Shown here in pieces: positions 29,610 through 40,967 of a stretch of DNA of 64,000 bases. Numbering within the stretch: the first letter of the stretch is position 1; each line of letters begins with the position of its first letter. The translations under genes were made by a program, and so were the position numbers. Source of the DNA: a virus (taxonomy: Duplodnaviria; Caudoviricetes); IMG/VR virus record IMGVR_UViG_3300026158_000083, positions 1-64,000 of that record; one strand, written 5' to 3'. The notes beneath the pieces are model-generated. The model was not told the DNA's origin. It searched no databases and saw only the letters and a list, made by a program, of their open reading frames with translations.

Positions 29610-31148
29610 ATGCAGACCGTTAGCTCAGAGTTTGCCGCCGCGGCAGCCAGCAACACGCAGCAACCGATTTCGTATCTGGAAATATCGTGGAACGAAGACG
29701 GCGATGTTACTGACGCGCGCGCGGCAGCGGATTGGACCGACGAGACGGCTTACATGATAAGCCACAACGGCGAAATCAGTATTGAGCCGCCAGGAGAAAA
29801 TCTTGTTGCCGCTGGCGATGTCGGTAAGCTAACGATCAGGCTGAACAATACTACGCAGCGCTATTCATGGCAAAACGAGGCTTCACCGCTGAACTTCTAT
29901 ATCGATACGGCAACTGGTCTAACTGGTAAACCGATAAGACTATGGCAGGGCTTTCGTCTTGCTACCGATGAATATGTTTGTATTTTTACAGGTATTATCA
30001 ATCAATGGACTGAAGATACGCGCGCTGGCGAAGTAGAAATATCTTGTCGCGATTGGGGCTTTCGCTTTTTACAAGACAAGCGTTCAACGGCCTTGGCAAC
30101 AGACAAACTGCCGAATGAGTGGACAGCAGAAATGTGCGCGCTAGCCGGTATTACATCGGTGACATCGGATGTCGGCATCTTTAGAATACCGTATTGCTGG
30201 ATGGATGACGAAAGCGTCGTCGAAGAAATATGGCAGGTGTGGGAAGCTGATGGCGGCTTAGCTTATTTCGATCAATGTGGCAAACTACACGGCGAAAGTG
30301 CGTTACACTGGTTTACTTCGGCTAACGATGTTATTCGCTGGAACTTCAACGAAGGCACGTATGTAAATTCTGATCCAGAATTCAATGCCGATGCGATTGC
30401 TACCAAAGTTATTGTGGAATGGTCTGGTCGTAGGCCAGGTCCAGCGACTATGGTCTATCAGCTAGAGCGTGCACGCGAGATCATGCCCGGCGAAACTATT
30501 AGCTGGACTGCGCGCTATCAGAACGCGGTCTATCGCCTCTTTACACCGACACCTGGCGATCCGTATAACGATTATTGGGCTGAAGGTTACGGCGGTAGAA
30601 ATCTTACCGATCAAATCTCGGTTACGCTGAGCGATGAATATGCGCAGCAGTGCAAAATAACCATTAAGAATAATTCCACATCGGCTATGGTTGTTGTTAC
30701 GTTTTTGCAGATACGCGGCTTTCCGCTGCTAGGTGGTCCGACAGAACAAGAAATAGCCTTGCCGCCAGCTAAGCCATTTTCTTTTGAAAGAACGCGTTCA
30801 TTTCGTGGCAATCCATATCTGCAAACTGAAAATCAGGGCGCGGCGCTTGCCAGTCTAAAGGCTATTCAATGCGCTAGAATTCATCCGACTTGGCGCATCA
30901 ACGACGTATTAGGCATACCGCACTTGGAGCTTGGCGATAAGGTGCGTTTTATCGATATGCGCGCGCAAGGTACAGGCAACACGATTGACGCCATTGTTAT
31001 TAGTATCTCTTGGGAGTGCAGCACAGAACGCGGTTTCGTGCAGCGCTTGAAGGTTTTCGACATTACAAGCATGATGGCTTACGACTACGATGATTACTTT
31101 ATCATCGGCGAAGATATCTTGGGCGAATATAAGAGGGCGTACTACTAA
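29610..31148 (+). CDS. Tail hub/baseplate (Tal-like) protein
   Basis: IRLWQG-IFTGII and HLELGDKV motifs; position. Confidence 0.7.
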   Translation: MQTVSSEFAAAAASNTQQPISYLEISWNEDGDVTDARAAADWTDETAYMISHNGEISIEPPGENLVAAGDVGKLTIRLNNTTQRYSWQNEASPLNFYIDTATGLTGKPIRLWQGFRLATDEYVCIFTGIINQWTEDTRAGEVEISCRDWGFRFLQDKRSTALATDKLPNEWTAEMCALAGITSVTSDVGIFRIPYCWMDDESVVEEIWQVWEADGGLAYFDQCGKLHGESALHWFTSANDVIRWNFNEGTYVNSDPEFNADAIATKVIVEWSGRRPGPATMVYQLERAREIMPGETISWTARYQNAVYRLFTPTPGDPYNDYWAEGYGGRNLTDQISVTLSDEYAQQCKITIKNNSTSAMVVVTFLQIRGFPLLGGPTEQEIALPPAKPFSFERTRSFRGNPYLQTENQGAALASLKAIQCARIHPTWRINDVLGIPHLELGDKVRFIDMRAQGTGNTIDAIVISISWECSTERGFVQRLKVFDITSMMAYDYDDYFIIGEDILGEYKRAYY

Positions 31149-32545
31149 TGGGTTATCACGGCGTAGCGCCAACATTTACTCAGGGTCAGATCATGTCATC
31201 TGGTGCGCATACCAACGCATTGCAGAGATATATTCAGGCGCTGCACGACAGTTACTGCGGCCCTAGAGTACCATTTCACGGCTTTTATCGTTATTGCAGC
31301 ATTGGTTGGGAACGTGGCTGTGATTATGTTGGAATGATAAGGCATAAGACCAATCGTCTGTCCTACATCTATGAGATACGCGACACTGGCACGGCGGAAA
31401 TTCAAATCGACTCGAAAACAGTTCCAGGCTCATCGCACACTGGCGCAGGCTCGTATCAAGCTGCGAATGTAGACATCAGTAGTCTTGGCTTAACGGTTAA
31501 CGATTTCTATTACGTGCAAGTTGTTGGTGACGCAGATTTCACGCTATTAGATATTCACGAAGTTTATAATCCTAGCTATCCGCTTTTGTCTGATTTTTCA
31601 GACGATGTGCAGCCAACGGAGGCGCAGTTTCAGGCATTGAGCACTTATGCGGACATGCTAGACGTTGTTCTAAGCGCGCCGCGCAACTGCGGCAACGACT
31701 GGAAACACGTAATTGCGTCGCTTTTACAAGGCAACGTTGAGCACAGTTGCCGCTATCTGTCGTACAGTATTCGCGTAGATGTGCCGCAAGCCGAACCTGG
31801 CAGTGGTAAACGCGCAACGTGGGTCGAACTTTTTATCAACGGCACTAAGGCTTTGCATTTGCGTGCTGGTAAAAACAACGGTCCGACAGGCGATTATGAT
31901 ACGTATTACCATTGGGCTGTGCCAGATTATGATTATATATTTGAAGGCACGCTTGATCTGGAAAAGTATCCTATTGGCTCAGTAGTTGACTATGGGGAAA
32001 TATATATAATATCAATTACGTGGGGCGAGGAGGGCCATCCGGATGATTCTGGTGAAACAGAACTAAACTATGTCTATGAAATACCAGAGCCAGACGCCAA
32101 GATAGATGGTTTTGTGTCTATGACTTCGTGGGCACACGGCGCGTTAGTTCGCGGCAACATCAATGCATATAACGATCCGTGTTTTACGGCCATAAAAAAC
32201 AATTTGGAATTGCTTGGTAGTCACGCCACCTATCTAAACTATCCCACGCGTGTAAAAGTTCTCAACGATGGTTTATACAACGTCAGACGTTATCGCTGGT
32301 TGCACGTATTGGCGACGTGGGACCCCACACCGGATGCAGAACATCCTAACGGCAAGTCGTTGGGTGGCGAAATTGTCTACACGTATCGAGGCGAGCTAAA
32401 GCAAGTAAATCTGCCATCGCCACCGGATCAAGCGACTTATGGCACATGGATCGCTTGCGATCTTGATTCGTTTGAAGGTCTTTACGTTGGTGTATACTAT
32501 TATCTGCACGATGTCGATTACGCCATTGAGGACAAGGACCCCTAA
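31148..32545 (+). CDS. Minor tail protein
   Basis: Tyr-rich, coupled to the hub gene. Confidence 0.6.
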   Translation: MGYHGVAPTFTQGQIMSSGAHTNALQRYIQALHDSYCGPRVPFHGFYRYCSIGWERGCDYVGMIRHKTNRLSYIYEIRDTGTAEIQIDSKTVPGSSHTGAGSYQAANVDISSLGLTVNDFYYVQVVGDADFTLLDIHEVYNPSYPLLSDFSDDVQPTEAQFQALSTYADMLDVVLSAPRNCGNDWKHVIASLLQGNVEHSCRYLSYSIRVDVPQAEPGSGKRATWVELFINGTKALHLRAGKNNGPTGDYDTYYHWAVPDYDYIFEGTLDLEKYPIGSVVDYGEIYIISITWGEEGHPDDSGETELNYVYEIPEPDAKIDGFVSMTSWAHGALVRGNINAYNDPCFTAIKNNLELLGSHATYLNYPTRVKVLNDGLYNVRRYRWLHVLATWDPTPDAEHPNGKSLGGEIVYTYRGELKQVNLPSPPDQATYGTWIACDLDSFEGLYVGVYYYLHDVDYAIEDKDP

Positions 32546-34869
32546 TGCCTAAGACCGATCTTGTCAGACGAATTGATCAGCGCAGTCTCATAGATGGCGC
32601 TGGTTTTGGCGCGGCAAGAGCTTATTTGTCTGGCGCTATCGAACAGCCGTCCGGTTCATTGGCGGGCTGGACGATAGAACTAGGTCATCTGTATTCTGGC
32701 ACGGGGCCGACGCGCACCGGACTCATGCCGGGTTCCTGGCCGTTCTACGCTGGCGCGGATATGCCAAACGACGCGCCATTCAGAGTTTCTGTTACGGGCG
32801 CGCTTTTCGCGAGCAACGCAACTATAGCTGGCGAGATTACAGCTTTGTCTGGTATCATCGGTGGTTGGACGATAGCTACTGACCGCTTATACGCTGGCTT
32901 GGGCTCTAACCGCGTAGGATTAGCTCCAGGCAGTTTCCCATTCTATGCAGGCGCAGAAGACCCTGCTATCGCGCCGTTCAGAGTAGATACACTAGGCAAG
33001 CTAACAGCAGCGGACGCGACGATTACTGGCACTGTCCTGGCTGCTGGTGGCACAATCATCTTGGGCGATAACGGCTTCTGGCTTGGCGATCCTGACTACG
33101 GCACTGGCTTGACGCTAAACGAAGTAAAAGATGTATATGGCGTAGGTACCGGCGACTTCGGTTTGCGCATCTACGATAGCGTGGGCGTGCCGCACATATC
33201 GCTAATAAGCCGCGAGGGCAACGTGCCATATTTCAGATTAGGCACGCAGAACGCAGAAACGTGGCTGCAATGGGACGAAAACGGACTGGAGCTGAAGGGC
33301 ACGATCACGGCGACGGATGGCCAGATCACGGGCGCGCTGTACGTCGGTGCTGCGGCACCGCGCATCCTGATCGACGGTACGAACAAACTGATCGAGAGCA
33401 CGAACTACGTGGCAGGATTCGCCGGTTTCCGCATGAGTGGAGTGACCGGGTCCGCCGAATTCGAGGACATTACTGCAAGGGGCGCCATCAAGACGGCGGT
33501 TTTTCAGAAGAGCCTTGTCACGGCATTCGCCGGTTCGCAGGTGGTCTCAAAGTCGGCGTCCACGGTCGCAGTCGCGGTCACGCTGTCCGGCACAACCTTC
33601 CCGTTGATCGTCAAAGCGCAGGATGGTGCACCGTTCGCGGACGGCGATCTGATCTACATCAAAACCGAGACGCTGGCAACGTATGCCATCGTCAACGCCG
33701 GAACTGCCAGTGGCGACAACTGGGCCTACACCGCCACCTATCACAGCGGCTCGGATACCGGGACTATTCCTGCCGGATCGACGGTTGTTGATTACGGGCC
33801 GGGTGGCGCGGGACGGATTTACCAAACGGCAGACGCGGAAAATGCACCTTATCTGTCGATTGCAACGCACGACATGGCCGCACCACCCGTGTGGACGGAG
33901 CGCGTCAGACTCGGCAATCTGTCAGGCATCAGTGGGGCGAGTGGCTACGGACTGTGGACTGACAACGGCTGGTTTACGGGGACGGTGACAGCTTCGGTGA
34001 TTCGCTCGGCGGCCACCGGGGCGCGCATCGAGATGAACACCGAGCGCATCTTCGGCATCGATGACGGCGGCAACGTGCAGTGGTATGCCGAGACTGCCGA
34101 TGGGAAATTGTATGCGGGCCAGGGATCGGTGGTACTGGATTATGGCGGTCTGCACATCAATTCTTCGAGCCTAAACGGCAACCAGCTGCAGTTCACCTCC
34201 GGCGGCTACGAGACCGGGAAGATCACGGGCTGGCTCGGCCAACGCTACACCGGCGATCCAGGCGTGGGCACGCAGCTGCGCATCGTAACAGGATTGGCGG
34301 GGGCGGCCGAGACCTCAAATATCAGTCTGCTTGCCAATGGTGACGCATCTGGTGACCTGGCCTCATTGACCATCACTTCCGGCGGTCTAGGCGATGAATC
34401 CACGATCATCCTGGGTGCAAATCATGCCCACATTACAGGTGATTTGGAGATCGGGGGCAGCCTCAAGGTTTACAACAATAGTGCGACTTATACCGGATAC
34501 GTCTTTGTGCCACTGACCACGGCGCGTACCAACACATCCTATGATGGCGATGCGGTCAACACTGGCGTCTACCCCATTAACTTGCAGGATGCGGCAGGCT
34601 ACAACTTGCCGGCTGGAATCAAGGCCATTGCGGCGCGTATCTCGGCAGTGTGGTCCGATATCGGTACTGCCCCGGCTGGCAACTATGCTTACCTGCGAGC
34701 GCGTGGTAGTACTGGCGCAGCGATTATCTGCCGCGCCCAGGCTGCTGGATATTACAACGATGCGTCTGGTGTCGTGGCGTGTGATACCACATATGGCGAT
34801 GTCGATCTGGTTGTCGGGGGTGCAAACGCATCCGGGATTGTCATCGAAATCTATGGTTACTGGATTTGA
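32545..34869 (+). CDS. Tail fibre / receptor-binding protein
   Basis: Two roughly 57-aa GWTI-PFYAGA-APFRV repeats, Gly-rich beta repeats, distinct C-terminal domain. Confidence 0.7.
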   Translation: MPKTDLVRRIDQRSLIDGAGFGAARAYLSGAIEQPSGSLAGWTIELGHLYSGTGPTRTGLMPGSWPFYAGADMPNDAPFRVSVTGALFASNATIAGEITALSGIIGGWTIATDRLYAGLGSNRVGLAPGSFPFYAGAEDPAIAPFRVDTLGKLTAADATITGTVLAAGGTIILGDNGFWLGDPDYGTGLTLNEVKDVYGVGTGDFGLRIYDSVGVPHISLISREGNVPYFRLGTQNAETWLQWDENGLELKGTITATDGQITGALYVGAAAPRILIDGTNKLIESTNYVAGFAGFRMSGVTGSAEFEDITARGAIKTAVFQKSLVTAFAGSQVVSKSASTVAVAVTLSGTTFPLIVKAQDGAPFADGDLIYIKTETLATYAIVNAGTASGDNWAYTATYHSGSDTGTIPAGSTVVDYGPGGAGRIYQTADAENAPYLSIATHDMAAPPVWTERVRLGNLSGISGASGYGLWTDNGWFTGTVTASVIRSAATGARIEMNTERIFGIDDGGNVQWYAETADGKLYAGQGSVVLDYGGLHINSSSLNGNQLQFTSGGYETGKITGWLGQRYTGDPGVGTQLRIVTGLAGAAETSNISLLANGDASGDLASLTITSGGLGDESTIILGANHAHITGDLEIGGSLKVYNNSATYTGYVFVPLTTARTNTSYDGDAVNTGVYPINLQDAAGYNLPAGIKAIAARISAVWSDIGTAPAGNYAYLRARGSTGAAIICRAQAAGYYNDASGVVACDTTYGDVDLVVGGANASGIVIEIYGYWI

Positions 34870-34877
34870 GGCGAGCC

Positions 34878-36839
34878 ATGAAAAAAAGAATCGCACTGCT
34901 CCTGCTCTTGACGCTGATCTGCGCAGCCTGCTATCCACCAGCGCCAGAGCTGCCGCGCAATTTCGCGGGCGACGCGCTGCTGGAGGCGGCCACTAACTGG
35001 TACGTGGATAACGCGGCCAGCGGTACGAACGCAGGCACCTCGTGGACCAATGCCTGGACATCATTCGCCACTGTCAATTGGACTTCGATTGCAGCCGGCG
35101 ATACGCTCTACATCTCTGGCGGATCAACCTCTAAAACGTATACCGTCAACACCACATTGGCAATCCCCGGTGGCGAAAGCAGCGTGACGATCACTAAAGG
35201 CGTTGACGCAGGCCACAATGGCGAGGTGATTCTGGTCCAGGGAACGGCGACTACCGCCATATCGTTGAGCGCCCGCACCTCCGCAATAACCGATATAACG
35301 ATCTCTAATCTGACCTTCCGAAACTTCTCACGCGCCATTTATGGCGACGGTGCGGGAACAGGTGGGATGCACAGCTTACTGATCGACAACTGCCGCTTCG
35401 AAAACTTTGGCCGAGCCGGGGTATTTCTCGAAGGCAACAACTACGCTTCGTACAACGAAGACATTGTTGTGCGAAATTCGTACTTTGATGACAACGATTC
35501 CCTCTGCACCCAGAGCGACGGCATCTACATTCAGGTTCTGGACGATTTCACGGCCGATGGCAATTACATCCTGCTGGACAACAACTGCACGTCCTCTAGT
35601 GACCTGCACTCAGACAACATACAGGCGTTTTGGGTCAATCATGTCGTCTACGCCAACAACGTGGTGATTCAGCGCAGCGATAAAACCTACGGCACGCAAG
35701 TGTTGTTTGCAGAGAACGCGGTTGACGGTACTGTGGTGATGTATAACAACATCATCATACGTGACACCCCCAACGCCCTGGATTCAGGCATCCGTCTCAA
35801 AACCGGTACAGGGTCCACTTATACCGGGACGGTTGTCAGCAACTCATACTACGGTTATGCCAGGTCGATCAACGCATCCGTGGCGACGACCATCAAGAAC
35901 AATATTCTTTATGGTCGTGGCACCACGGCCACCAGTTTCTATCTGGCGGGCAGCGGCAGCACGGTCAGCGATAACATCTTCTACGATCCTGACGGGGTCT
36001 TTTATTCGGCATCCGGCGGTATCGATGTCAATCCGCTGTTTGTAGATGATGATCCAGACACCTTTGATTTTCACCTGCAGGCGAGCTCACCGGCCATCAA
36101 TGCCGGGGCTGATTTGGGGTCCAGTTATGCCACCGATATTGAAGGCGCAGCCAGACCGGTTGGCGCGGGATGGGACATTGGCGCCTATGAGTATGGGTCC
36201 GATTCGGCCACCAGCACACCGGTGCCATCTAACACGCCAACCCAAACACCGACCGGAACTATCATCCCGCCAACCAGCACATCAACGAGTATAGCAACCA
36301 ACACGCCCACACCGACGCGCACCGCGACACCACTGCCGACGGCCACCGGCACGCGGACGCCGACCTATACACCCAGGCCGACGAACACGGCGACGACCGG
36401 ACCAACAGCTACCCGCACCCCTACGCATACACCGGTGCCGACGCCGGCCGCGGGGCTGTTCTTCAACGAAATCTCTCCGACCAACCTGTACGACTGGAAT
36501 CTGGATGGCTCAGTAACAGCAGCAGACAGGTGGGTTGAGCTGTACAACGCCGGAGCCGCCGCGGTCAACCTTGGCGGCTATACCATCAGCGATGGCACGT
36601 TCACGGGCACGGTGCGTGTCTGGGGCATGACAATCGGCGCAAGCGGCGGCAAGCGGGTCATCCTGGGCGAAGACTTTACGACTTTTCCGGCCTCGGGAAC
36701 GCTTACTTTGCGGAATGCACTGGCGACACCGGTCGCCACGGTTGTGTACAACGCCCAATCACCGGGCCTCTGTTACGCCAGGGTGCCAAGCGGGTCAACT
36801 AACTGGAAAGATAACCAGATTTGCACGCCAGGTCAATGA
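34878..36839 (+). CDS. Secreted or lipoprotein beta-helix protein with Thr/Pro linker and lamin-tail-like domain
   Basis: [18 protein letters not shown] signal; Asn-ladder repeats; [25 protein letters not shown]; TP linker; FFNEI-WVELYN. Confidence 0.75.
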   Translation: MKKRIALLLLLTLICAACYPPAPELPRNFAGDALLEAATNWYVDNAASGTNAGTSWTNAWTSFATVNWTSIAAGDTLYISGGSTSKTYTVNTTLAIPGGESSVTITKGVDAGHNGEVILVQGTATTAISLSARTSAITDITISNLTFRNFSRAIYGDGAGTGGMHSLLIDNCRFENFGRAGVFLEGNNYASYNEDIVVRNSYFDDNDSLCTQSDGIYIQVLDDFTADGNYILLDNNCTSSSDLHSDNIQAFWVNHVVYANNVVIQRSDKTYGTQVLFAENAVDGTVVMYNNIIIRDTPNALDSGIRLKTGTGSTYTGTVVSNSYYGYARSINASVATTIKNNILYGRGTTATSFYLAGSGSTVSDNIFYDPDGVFYSASGGIDVNPLFVDDDPDTFDFHLQASSPAINAGADLGSSYATDIEGAARPVGAGWDIGAYEYGSDSATSTPVPSNTPTQTPTGTIIPPTSTSTSIATNTPTPTRTATPLPTATGTRTPTYTPRPTNTATTGPTATRTPTHTPVPTPAAGLFFNEISPTNLYDWNLDGSVTAADRWVELYNAGAAAVNLGGYTISDGTFTGTVRVWGMTIGASGGKRVILGEDFTTFPASGTLTLRNALATPVATVVYNAQSPGLCYARVPSGSTNWKDNQICTPGQ

Positions 36840-36850
36840 GAGGAGATCGC

Positions 36851-37021
36851 ATGGAACGTCACGAAATCGAACAACGTCTGGAAGAACTGCGCAAGGAGCA
36901 GCGCCGCTTAGAAGCAGAGTTCAATTATCTAAATGGTAAGATCACTGGTAAGATGGATATGCTCAGCGAATTGCTGATCGCGACGCCGGAACTACCGGCC
37001 ACGGATGTACTCGCATCATAG
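36851..37021 (+). CDS. Small coiled-coil protein
   Basis: GAGGAG RBS, heptad pattern, 56 aa. Confidence 0.65.
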   Translation: MERHEIEQRLEELRKEQRRLEAEFNYLNGKITGKMDMLSELLIATPELPATDVLAS

Positions 37022-37030
37022 AGGTACGTC

Positions 37031-38638
37031 ATGAGCGCGATTATTGGGCCGCATATAGCTGGCAGTATTTCAGAGCATCTGAATCTACTCGCGCGTTGGC
37101 AACCTAGATTATCGTGGTGGCTTGACCCGGATAAAGATGGCGCGATTGAATATCATAAGCGCTGTCGCGGTAAACTAGGTGGCCGTATTTACGTGCCGGA
37201 TGATGAGATGACCTGGCGTATTGAAAGCGATCCTCTTGCAGCGGCCAATTTTGCGCACACTAAAATCATCACACATCCGGCGTGCTATCAGATCGACTAC
37301 TGGCAAATAGAGAACGAAGTCTGTCAATTCTGGCATCAACTTGGCCGACTCAACGATTACGTATGTGAACGTATGCGACTGGCTAATCAAGCCGGTTATC
37401 ACTGTGGTATCATAGCTACATCGGTTGGCAATCTGCATATGCCAGAAGACGACCGCATGGCTTATTATCGTCAGCTATATTCGGCTTTCGATATGGCTAT
37501 CGCGGGTCAGCATGTAGTAGTCAAGCATCTGTATGGTGCGCCTGATTTATACGGACCGTGGGAGCGCGGTGGCGCACCGTGGTTTATCAATCGACTGGAA
37601 GAACAGTTGCTGCCGCGCTTGCCTGAAAAATATCGCAACTTGCAGTTTGCCATTGCTGAATACGGCATTGACTACTTGTTGATTCAAAGCACACCGCAGG
37701 GCTGGCGCGGCAAGATGTCCGCCGACGACTATGCGCTTAGTCTGATTCAGATGGGTCAATGGCTAGAGCAGTTTAGTAAACAAGTTGTTGGTTACTGTGT
37801 TTATGAGTTGGGTTGCGTAGATGAGGCTAATTGGGGGACTTACAATATTGCGGGGTCAGTTGCGGAGCGCTTAGCAGATTACTATAGCAGCAGCAATCAG
37901 ACGCCGCCGCTGCCACCAGTACCAGCACCGGAGGAAAATATGACTCGCATTATCGATACTAACGGCGCAGAACACGATGAAGCATGGTTGACCTCTAAAT
38001 ATGGTGCAATCATCACGCGCGTCAGTTCAAGCGGCAAGCGTTTTACGCTTAGCGAAGTGCAAGTAACAGAAGGTCCGGCCACGCTGATCGCCATTGTCAA
38101 GGATAGTTCTGGCGTACCTCTCAACTCACACGCGGTTGCGCTGTATTGGCCGGACGCGCCTACCGATCTTACGACTCCTGAGACCGCAGTTTTCAAGACG
38201 CGTTTCAAGCCGCGCGCGAATGTACAGTGGACGGATACTAATGGCATGACGGGCTATGGCTTAGGCATGGGTTCGTACATCTATGAAGTTGCAACGGGTG
38301 GACCCCATGCTGTATGGTTGCTACACAATCTCTACGAATCAGACGCCATAGACCGTGTTGGCATGCTGGCAGGCACAAATCACGTCGGGCCGTTGCGTCT
38401 CACGTTTACGCTAACTGAAAAGACACAGGAAATCGGTCAATTGCCAGAAAGTGAGCCAATAGCGCCTGTTGCAATACTGGCCGACAAGGTGCGCTGGTGG
38501 ATGGAAGAATCTGTGCGTCAAGACGAAATCGGCAATAACGCGTATGCCAAAGCCATTCGTTACAGCCTCATCAAACGCGATGGCGGTCTGCTATACAGAC
38601 TTGAAGCGGCTTTGAAAGGCGGCATGGGGAGTAACTAA
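37031..38638 (+). CDS. Putative clan GH-A glycoside hydrolase with C-terminal beta-sandwich (endolysin position)
   Basis: WQIENE (acid/base candidate), HLYG, FAIAEYG (nucleophile candidate); Pro linker; second domain. Confidence 0.55.
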   Translation: MSAIIGPHIAGSISEHLNLLARWQPRLSWWLDPDKDGAIEYHKRCRGKLGGRIYVPDDEMTWRIESDPLAAANFAHTKIITHPACYQIDYWQIENEVCQFWHQLGRLNDYVCERMRLANQAGYHCGIIATSVGNLHMPEDDRMAYYRQLYSAFDMAIAGQHVVVKHLYGAPDLYGPWERGGAPWFINRLEEQLLPRLPEKYRNLQFAIAEYGIDYLLIQSTPQGWRGKMSADDYALSLIQMGQWLEQFSKQVVGYCVYELGCVDEANWGTYNIAGSVAERLADYYSSSNQTPPLPPVPAPEENMTRIIDTNGAEHDEAWLTSKYGAIITRVSSSGKRFTLSEVQVTEGPATLIAIVKDSSGVPLNSHAVALYWPDAPTDLTTPETAVFKTRFKPRANVQWTDTNGMTGYGLGMGSYIYEVATGGPHAVWLLHNLYESDAIDRVGMLAGTNHVGPLRLTFTLTEKTQEIGQLPESEPIAPVAILADKVRWWMEESVRQDEIGNNAYAKAIRYSLIKRDGGLLYRLEAALKGGMGSN

Positions 38639-39019
38639 GTGTTTTGCAGATTGCGGCTGAGCGACGGAATACGTGATCTTGTTGAGCAGTTGATACGACC
38701 AAATTTAGACGTTGATGGTCGCAAACTAACTGCCATCTACTTGATTTTGAATGGTATTTCGCGTATTACTTTGACGCCGATTGTTGCCCTTGATTTCGTA
38801 AATGATCGTTATTACGGCATAGCTGCCGTTATTTTAGGCGTGCTGATTGTTATTACGTCTTTCAAGGGCTACAATCGCACAGCGCTAGGCCGTATTACGG
38901 CCTTACTTGGTGCCAGTCTACTTATAGCATGGGGTTTTGATTTGACGTATCGCGCCAATGCATTTTGGTCGATGCAAATATTGGGTTTTGTTCTTTTCAG
39001 GGAAGCGATTCGCAGATAA
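38639..39019 (+). CDS. Membrane protein, holin-like
   Basis: 3-4 hydrophobic segments; abuts the hydrolase gene. Confidence 0.55.
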   Translation: MFCRLRLSDGIRDLVEQLIRPNLDVDGRKLTAIYLILNGISRITLTPIVALDFVNDRYYGIAAVILGVLIVITSFKGYNRTALGRITALLGASLLIAWGFDLTYRANAFWSMQILGFVLFREAIRR

Positions 39020-39021
39020 CT

Positions 39022-39876
39022 ATGGAACAAAACTTATCACTTAATTCGTCGATTGAGATAGGCTTGCTGGTTTGTTTTATCGGCATTGTTTGGTTGCTGA
39101 TACTATACGCTTCAGATAGACGACGTGCCGCAAATAGATTCTTTCAGTCTGCGGAGCGCGATATGTCAGCAGCTAAAATCACAGAACTTTCCAACACAGT
39201 AGCTACGCTGCTTGTTGAGCTAACCAGCGCGCGCCAGGAAATTGAAAATCTGAAGCTCCAGTTATCCAGGGCCAACGCGCGCATTACTGAACTGGAAATC
39301 ATGTATGAGTTTCCAGCAACGCAGGGCGGTCACGGTTCGTTGCATCGTCGTTTGTTGCGCCCGCTATTAGTTATTGGCGGAGATGACGCTAAGATTGCCG
39401 GTATGGATCAAGCTGTTTTAGACGGTATTGGCATACGTTACGTGCGGCTCGCCAACGCAACTAAAGACGTTGTCGTCAATGAACTAACAGCAGTAAGGCG
39501 CGAAAACAGGCTATATGATTGGGTGCTGATTTCGGCGCACGCCAATCAGGACGGCGTGCGCCTCTTTAGCGCTAATCAGCCCAACAAAAGCGAAATCGTT
39601 TCACCTGAATTCTGGTCGCGCGCCTTGACTGGCGTAAGCATGGTCGGTCTCGCAGCTTGTAGCGGCTCACAGTTAGCCGAAAAGATTAGTTGTGCGGTTG
39701 AATTCGTCTGGTATTTCAAAGAAGATGTGCCATCTGAACCGGCCAGTCGCTTTGTACAGAAGTTTTTTCAGCGTCTAAATGCTGGTGACAACTATAAGAC
39801 GGCGTTTGTCGCGTGCCTCGACGCCGTACCAGAAGTAGCGTCGTACGCCGATTATCGCTGCAAGTACGGCTGCTAG
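39022..39876 (+). CDS. Transmembrane + coiled-coil + CHAT/caspase-like peptidase
   Basis: N-terminal TM; heptads; YDWVLISAHA (His) and VGLAACS (Cys); ASRFVQKFFQRLNAG-AF C-terminal CHAT helix. Confidence 0.72.
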   Translation: MEQNLSLNSSIEIGLLVCFIGIVWLLILYASDRRRAANRFFQSAERDMSAAKITELSNTVATLLVELTSARQEIENLKLQLSRANARITELEIMYEFPATQGGHGSLHRRLLRPLLVIGGDDAKIAGMDQAVLDGIGIRYVRLANATKDVVVNELTAVRRENRLYDWVLISAHANQDGVRLFSANQPNKSEIVSPEFWSRALTGVSMVGLAACSGSQLAEKISCAVEFVWYFKEDVPSEPASRFVQKFFQRLNAGDNYKTAFVACLDAVPEVASYADYRCKYGC

Positions 39877-40487
39877 GGCGCTGGCGTTACCGAGCGCCAG
39901 ATGGAGTGCTGCGTAACCTCTATGCAGTTCATCACGCGCTGTGGTCCGGCAGACACGTTGAACGTTTCAATGCGATGCTGTGTCAGAAATGTTTCCCACG
40001 TCACGATGCCGATAAGATGAACGATTTTGCTTTCTTCGTTTAGGTACATCAGCGCCAGCTTTAGCGGTTCGCACTTGATGCTTTGGGGAACTTTTAGCAC
40101 AGGCGGCCAGTAAACGGTCGTCTTGATATCTGTGCCATCGGCAGCATCGTAACCAGCATCGCCGTAGGTATGCATCGCGCCATCAACCGTTTTGCCGGTC
40201 AGCAGCGCAAAACCTATTTCACCAGCCACGCCCGGTAAATGCGTTGACTTGCCATTGCGCCAATCGTGCGTCGAATCGCGCGACCGCTTATCATTCTCGC
40301 GGGTTTCGGCAATCAATTCAATGAATGACCAGATCGGCGCGAGATACAGCGCCCAATAATCGCGCGGCGCAGGGTCTGGCATAGTAAGATCGCTAGGTAA
40401 TCTCACGATCTTACTATAACCAGCCGCCGCGTCGGCAATACTATCAGGTTGGATTGGGAGTGTCATCGTATTCAGGCACACCATCAT
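39873..40487 (-). CDS. Restriction-endonuclease-fold (PD-(D/E)xK) protein
   Basis: GVAGEIGF-GDAGYD-DIKT motif series. True start uncertain. Confidence 0.55.
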   Translation of the reverse strand: MMVCLNTMTLPIQPDSIADAAAGYSKIVRLPSDLTMPDPAPRDYWALYLAPIWSFIELIAETRENDKRSRDSTHDWRNGKSTHLPGVAGEIGFALLTGKTVDGAMHTYGDAGYDAADGTDIKTTVYWPPVLKVPQSIKCEPLKLALMYLNEESKIVHLIGIVTWETFLTQHRIETFNVSAGPQRVMNCIEVTQHSIWRSVTPAP

Positions 40488-40689
40488 CGATACCGACTAG
40501 CGCATAAAACTGATTGCGCAGATCGATCAAGATGCGCATTTCGTCGCCTATACGTCCCTCATAAACTGCAAATTCTTCAGGCTTCAGGCGCGGCGTTTCC
40601 AGCTTGCCTTTGTTATAGCCCACGGCTTGCGCCGACGCGGCCAGTTCATCCAATAGATCGCGGAACTTTTGCGCTTGTTTAGTGTTCAT
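40444..40689 (-). CDS. Hypothetical protein
   Basis: GGAG RBS before the ATG at 40689. Confidence 0.6.
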   Translation of the reverse strand: MNTKQAQKFRDLLDELAASAQAVGYNKGKLETPRLKPEEFAVYEGRIGDEMRILIDLRNQFYALVGIDDGVPEYDDTPNPT

Positions 40690-40700
40690 GTGGCACACTC

Positions 40701-40967
40701 CTAATTGTATTTGTCGTGAAACATACCGCAAGCAGGCCAGATAGTCTTCCAGCGCACAATTTTATTTTGACTGCTATCGGCCATCGTAAATGCTGCACAG
40801 GTATAGCCGTAACGTTTACCAAGTTTCGATAACTTGGTGCAATCACCGCACATACGGTTTTCTTGTCGGCCAAAACGCGTATGCATCCAACGACAAGCCG
40901 GATGCAGGGTGACATCTTCTTCAGATGTGTCGAACAGTTCAAATTGTTCGCTCATATTTGTATCCAT
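40701..40967 (-). CDS. Small Cys-rich protein
   Basis: CGDC-C-C pattern, WPACG end. Confidence 0.55.
   Translation of the reverse strand: MDTNMSEQFELFDTSEEDVTLHPACRWMHTRFGRQENRMCGDCTKLSKLGKRYGYTCAAFTMADSSQNKIVRWKTIWPACGMFHDKYN

Noticed and set aside
32545-36839. Diversity-generating retroelement acting on the tail fibre
   Set aside because: No reverse transcriptase and no TR/VR pair differing at adenines was seen; the AAC richness reflects beta-helix Asn ladders.
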